Below are positions 39,525 through 42,525 of a DNA stretch of 42,525 nucleotides, piece by piece. Origin of the DNA: an uncultured bacterium (GTDB lineage Bacteria; Patescibacteriota; Minisyncoccia; Phycocordibacterales; DATDWN01). The translations under genes and the position numbers were made by a program. Every line of letters begins with the position of its first letter. Within the stretch, counting starts at the first letter, position 1. The stretch covers positions 1-42,525 of the forward strand of contig CAIOTC010000017.1 of assembly GCA_903861205.1 (NCBI GenBank). The letters are read 5' to 3'. Below the pieces are notes generated by a model that searched no databases, was not told the DNA's origin, and worked only from the letters and a program-made list of their open reading frames with translations.

Positions 39525-40139
39525 TTACCAAATATAATTTCTTATGACGCCATAAACTTTGTCGGCTATTTTTGCGTAACCGAGATCATTTGGATGGACG
39601 GCGTCAAACATATATTTCGGATTGCCAAAAAGTCCGAGCAGAACATTCGGCACATAAACCGCGCCGGTTTCCTTTGCTAATTTTTCAAACGACGCTTGAA
39701 AGTGATCGTTAAAAATTCCACCCTGAACGCCGAGCAAAACGACAAAAATTCCTTTGGATTGCAACGTGGAGACTATCTGACGGAGATTGTCAAAAGTTTC
39801 CGCCTCCGGAATATTTCGCAGGTAATCGTTGCCGCCAAAAAGAACGACAACCGTTCCGGGATCGCGAGCCAAGACAGTGTCGATGCGGGCCAAACCCTCG
39901 GCGGTGGTATTGCCTGAGACGCCCAGATTGATGATTTGTCTGTTCAACTTTTGTGAAAGAAGAGAAACGAAATCGTGTCCGGCCGTCGAGCCATAACCCT
40001 CCACCAGACTGTCACCGAAAGCAACGACTATGTTATTTTTCGGCGGATAATTTTTTATCGGCGCGCCCATACCACTGAAAAAGTAAAACACCACGGCAAC
40101 AGACAGAGCGACAATGATGAGCAGATGTTCTTTTTTCAT
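39525..40139 (-). CDS. SGNH/GDSL-family hydrolase (secreted or membrane-anchored)
   Basis: An N-terminal signal or TM segment, block I VVAFGDSLVEGYG, GGNDY and a C-terminal D..HP motif are present. The size is 204 aa. Confidence 0.75.
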   Translation of the reverse strand: MKKEHLLIIVALSVAVVFYFFSGMGAPIKNYPPKNNIVVAFGDSLVEGYGSTAGHDFVSLLSQKLNRQIINLGVSGNTTAEGLARIDTVLARDPGTVVVLFGGNDYLRNIPEAETFDNLRQIVSTLQSKGIFVVLLGVQGGIFNDHFQASFEKLAKETGAVYVPNVLLGLFGNPKYMFDAVHPNDLGYAKIADKVYGVIRNYIW

Positions 40140-40223
40140 TCCATTTCATTATATCAGAAAAAACTTTAATGAAAATTCATGCCATTTTCGGTACATTTGA
40201 ACATATTAATAACATTTTTTATC

Positions 40224-40718
40224 ATGACTGAACAAAAATTTTTTATACAAACTTTAAAAAACGAAATTCCCATTTTCGAAAGAGTTTTTTTAGCCTTTCC
40301 CGACAAACTTACGGACTGGCGATCGCACCCAAAAAATAAGGGCACCTTGGAGCTGGCTTCGAGCATGCTCAACGAAGCCTCCGGTTTTCCTGTTTTTCTG
40401 AAAACGGGAGTAATCGACTCCGATCAAATGACGGAATTGAAGCCGGACAATATGAAAAAAATTTCACATGACTTCACCAAGTTTTTGGAAGAAGCTCTTG
40501 ATTTGGCGACCGAGATGGACGAGGAAGATTGGGGCTCGCCGACAGAAATGAAAATGGGTGGAAAAACCGTTTGGAAATCAACCAAAAGCGGAATGTCTTG
40601 GGGACTGCTCGTCGACCTCATTCATCACCGCGGACAGCTCTCGGTGCACATCCGCCCGCAAGGCGGCAAAGTGCCGTCGATTTATGGACCGTCGGGCGAT
40701 ATGGCGGCAGAGATGTAG
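40224..40718 (+). CDS. DinB-family (four-helix bundle) protein. Start moved to MTEQKFF.
   Basis: LVDLIHHRGQLSVHIR is the characteristic DinB/YfiT C-terminal His motif. The size is 164 aa. Confidence 0.6.
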   Translation: MTEQKFFIQTLKNEIPIFERVFLAFPDKLTDWRSHPKNKGTLELASSMLNEASGFPVFLKTGVIDSDQMTELKPDNMKKISHDFTKFLEEALDLATEMDEEDWGSPTEMKMGGKTVWKSTKSGMSWGLLVDLIHHRGQLSVHIRPQGGKVPSIYGPSGDMAAEM

Positions 40719-40986
40719 TCGCCTACTCGGCGGGTAACGTCATAAAACCGCTCAGTGTAGCGGTTATTTGATGATCGAACGAGATATCCACAGTTTTAAC
40801 TTGCGTAATATATTTTTTACGTATAATATATATTACATTACAAGTTTAATGTCATGGGCTTCCAAATTTGGATGAGATCCGACATTGAAATTTTAAAAAT
40901 GAGCTGAGGCGTATCAAGTATACGATGAAGATCATTTTTAAAATTTCAACTAGGAGATCGCCAAATTTGAAAGCCCTGCCAAAAAA

Positions 40987-41415
40987 ATGATAGGAAAAGC
41001 AAACTGGTTTAGGAGACGAAAATACACTGGCTGGGGTTTTACCCCTGTTACGTGGCAAGGTTGGATGTATATTTTGGTTTTAATATTGCCGGTTATTATT
41101 ATCGCAGAAACACACGCCTTCAGATCGTGGCAGGTGGTTTTTCTCGTCGCATGGGCGGTAATTTTTATTATTGATGCAGTAGATATCATGATCCATTTGC
41201 CAAAAGATGAACGTGATAGAACGCACGAGGCAATAGCTGAAAGAAACGCTCTTTGGATTATAGTGGCGATTCTTGGTGTTGGCATCGCCTATCAGGTGTC
41301 GATTGGTGTTGTAGCTAATAACATCGCGAAAGTTGACCCGGTAATCATAATCGCTTTGTTTGCAGGACTGCTGGTCAAAATTGTTTCAAATGTATATTTG
41401 GACAAAAAAAATTAA
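40987..41415 (+). CDS. Hypothetical integral membrane protein (about 4 TM helices, 142 aa)
   Basis: Four hydrophobic segments are visible. It neighbours a short XRE regulator, a pairing common for DUF2178-type proteins (from memory, weak). Confidence 0.5.
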   Translation: MIGKANWFRRRKYTGWGFTPVTWQGWMYILVLILPVIIIAETHAFRSWQVVFLVAWAVIFIIDAVDIMIHLPKDERDRTHEAIAERNALWIIVAILGVGIAYQVSIGVVANNIAKVDPVIIIALFAGLLVKIVSNVYLDKKN

Positions 41416-41421
41416 AAATAT

Positions 41422-41613
41422 GCCCGGTAGTAGAAGTCGACATTGCGCCAATGGCGCATAAAAAGATGTCGACTTCACTACAGGGCTATCCTGTAGTGAA
41501 AATGACATTAATTGCATTGGCTACGTGGTTAAGTAACAAAAATCGAAACTATTAATATTTAATTTTGAAAATGATGTATTGTTCGAAGAACGATGCCATT
41601 TTCTACTATCGGG
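41422..41613 (+). repeat. Family S copy 2 (directly upstream of the XRE regulator gene)
   Basis: It aligns with 33585-33774, including compensatory changes in hairpin 1 (gaagtTgacat/atgtcAacttc versus gaagtCgacat/atgtcGacttc). Confidence 0.8.
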
Positions 41614-41826
41614 ATGGAAAATAAAATCACCGAGTATAGAAACAAGCTGGGTATAACGCAAGAAGAACTGGCGCATTTTGTCGGTGTCACCCGCCAAACA
41701 ATCATCTCGCTCGAGCAAAACCGCTACAACCCTTCCCTGCTTCTAGCACACAGAATTTCTCAAGTATTGAAACGTCCACATATCGAGGACGTGTTTCTGC
41801 TGGATAAATTGGAAAAAATATTTTAA
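41614..41826 (+). CDS. Short XRE-family HTH transcriptional regulator (70 aa). Start moved to MENKITEYR.
   Basis: [48 protein letters not shown] is a canonical Cro/C1 HTH. Confidence 0.8.
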   Translation: MENKITEYRNKLGITQEELAHFVGVTRQTIISLEQNRYNPSLLLAHRISQVLKRPHIEDVFLLDKLEKIF

Positions 41827-41860
41827 AAAAACAGCTCCGGAAATCCGGAGCTGTTTTTTA
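41825..41860. terminator. Bidirectional intrinsic terminator
   Basis: The sequence is aaaaaaa-cagctccgg-aaat-ccggagctg-tttttt. Confidence 0.7.
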
Positions 41861-41895
41861 ATACCAAAAGTTTTGGAAAACTTGATAAGAACTAT

Positions 41896-42504
41896 CTACA
41901 TCTTGGCAATAATTTGTATCCAATTTGTCCTTCCAGAATTAGTAATATTTTCCCATAATAATTTTAAACTGAGTTTATTTATACATTCTTTTATCTCCGG
42001 CAAAGTGAAATAACTGAAAAATCTTTCGTATTCGTAACCATAATCATTTTCTTTAAGGATTTCGTTATCAGTACCGCCAGATTTTACTTCCTTTACTGCA
42101 AGATATAAAATTCCGCCGGGTTTTAATTTATTTTTAAATTTTTCCAAAACTTCTATAATCTTTTCCTTTGGAACATGCAGCAAAACCGCTTGAGCAAACA
42201 CCGCGTCAAATTTATTATCATATGAGTCCATTTCATAAATATCATAGACTATAAAATCAACACCTGATACTTCTCTCTTTGCAATTTCTATCATCTTTTC
42301 AGAAAAATCCATTCCGGTAACTTTGAGTCCATTATCCGAAAGATATTTTGATTTTATTCCCGCCCCGCATCCGACATCAAGCACTGTCGCGCCTTTCGGC
42401 AAAATAGAAGTAAATTTGTCCGTGCCTTCACGCCACCAAGTATCTTCATTGTGGTCTCTAAACCAATCGTCGGCTATTTTGTTGTATGTGGATTTCAAAT
42501 CCAT
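41896..42504 (-). CDS. Class I SAM-dependent methyltransferase
   Basis: Motif I VLDVGCGAGI and the Methyltransf_11/25-like layout are present. The size is 202 aa. Confidence 0.75.
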   Translation of the reverse strand: MDLKSTYNKIADDWFRDHNEDTWWREGTDKFTSILPKGATVLDVGCGAGIKSKYLSDNGLKVTGMDFSEKMIEIAKREVSGVDFIVYDIYEMDSYDNKFDAVFAQAVLLHVPKEKIIEVLEKFKNKLKPGGILYLAVKEVKSGGTDNEILKENDYGYEYERFFSYFTLPEIKECINKLSLKLLWENITNSGRTNWIQIIAKM

Positions 42505-42525
42505 TTTTGTTCAAAAAATGTGACC

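Overview
The window is a chromosomal segment of a low-GC, small-genome bacterium. Gene content, short genes and unusual domain fusions suggest Patescibacteria/CPR, but that is inference only. It is dense with housekeeping genes: dus, ftsQ, serS, dprA, topA, relA/spoT, parB, murB, murA, miaA, murF, rpmG, clpB, rnr, smc, rnc, nusB, rpmF, rnhB, dnaE, rpsU, ybeY, ftsA, ftsZ and trxB. It also holds three tRNAs (Leu-CAA, Trp-CCA, Tyr-GUA) and a few small hypothetical genes. I found no CRISPR array, prophage or recognisable defence operon.

The unusual signal is structural: the segment is saturated with hairpin-forming DNA at several scales.
1. At least 14 perfect or near-perfect palindromes or double hairpins (18-67 nt) lie in frame inside essential genes (dus, serS, topA, miaA, rnr, smc, rnhB, dnaE). 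Many share an AAGG(G)-N3-5-(C)CCTT core.
2. A modular long-hairpin family of 120-235 bp occurs in 8 copies, abutting stop or start codons. It has a conserved TTTCTTACGAG/CTCGACGAAA junction, and its outer stems differ between copies yet stay complementary within each copy.
3. An AT-rich GGAAATTGG hairpin family occurs in 4 copies upstream of genes.
4. A 190-bp structured repeat occurs in 2 copies directly upstream of rpsU and of an XRE regulator.
5. A 42-nt two-hairpin unit occurs in 7 copies with covarying stems. Two of these form inverted termini around a DUF559 (Vsr-like) endonuclease gene, and the others occur as gene-less pairs.
6. Tandem ATTCGYAK arrays sit immediately upstream of relA and ftsZ.

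Other points worth a look are an HTH(XRE)-MurA fusion next to an 18-bp perfect palindrome, a NusB-NUDIX fusion, a sigma-region-4-only gene splitting ftsA from ftsZ, a HAIR-like operator on a consensus clpB promoter, and promoter-plus-terminator delimited candidate RNAs upstream of rnr, miaA and serS.

All calls were made by eye from sequence and translation. No database search was run.
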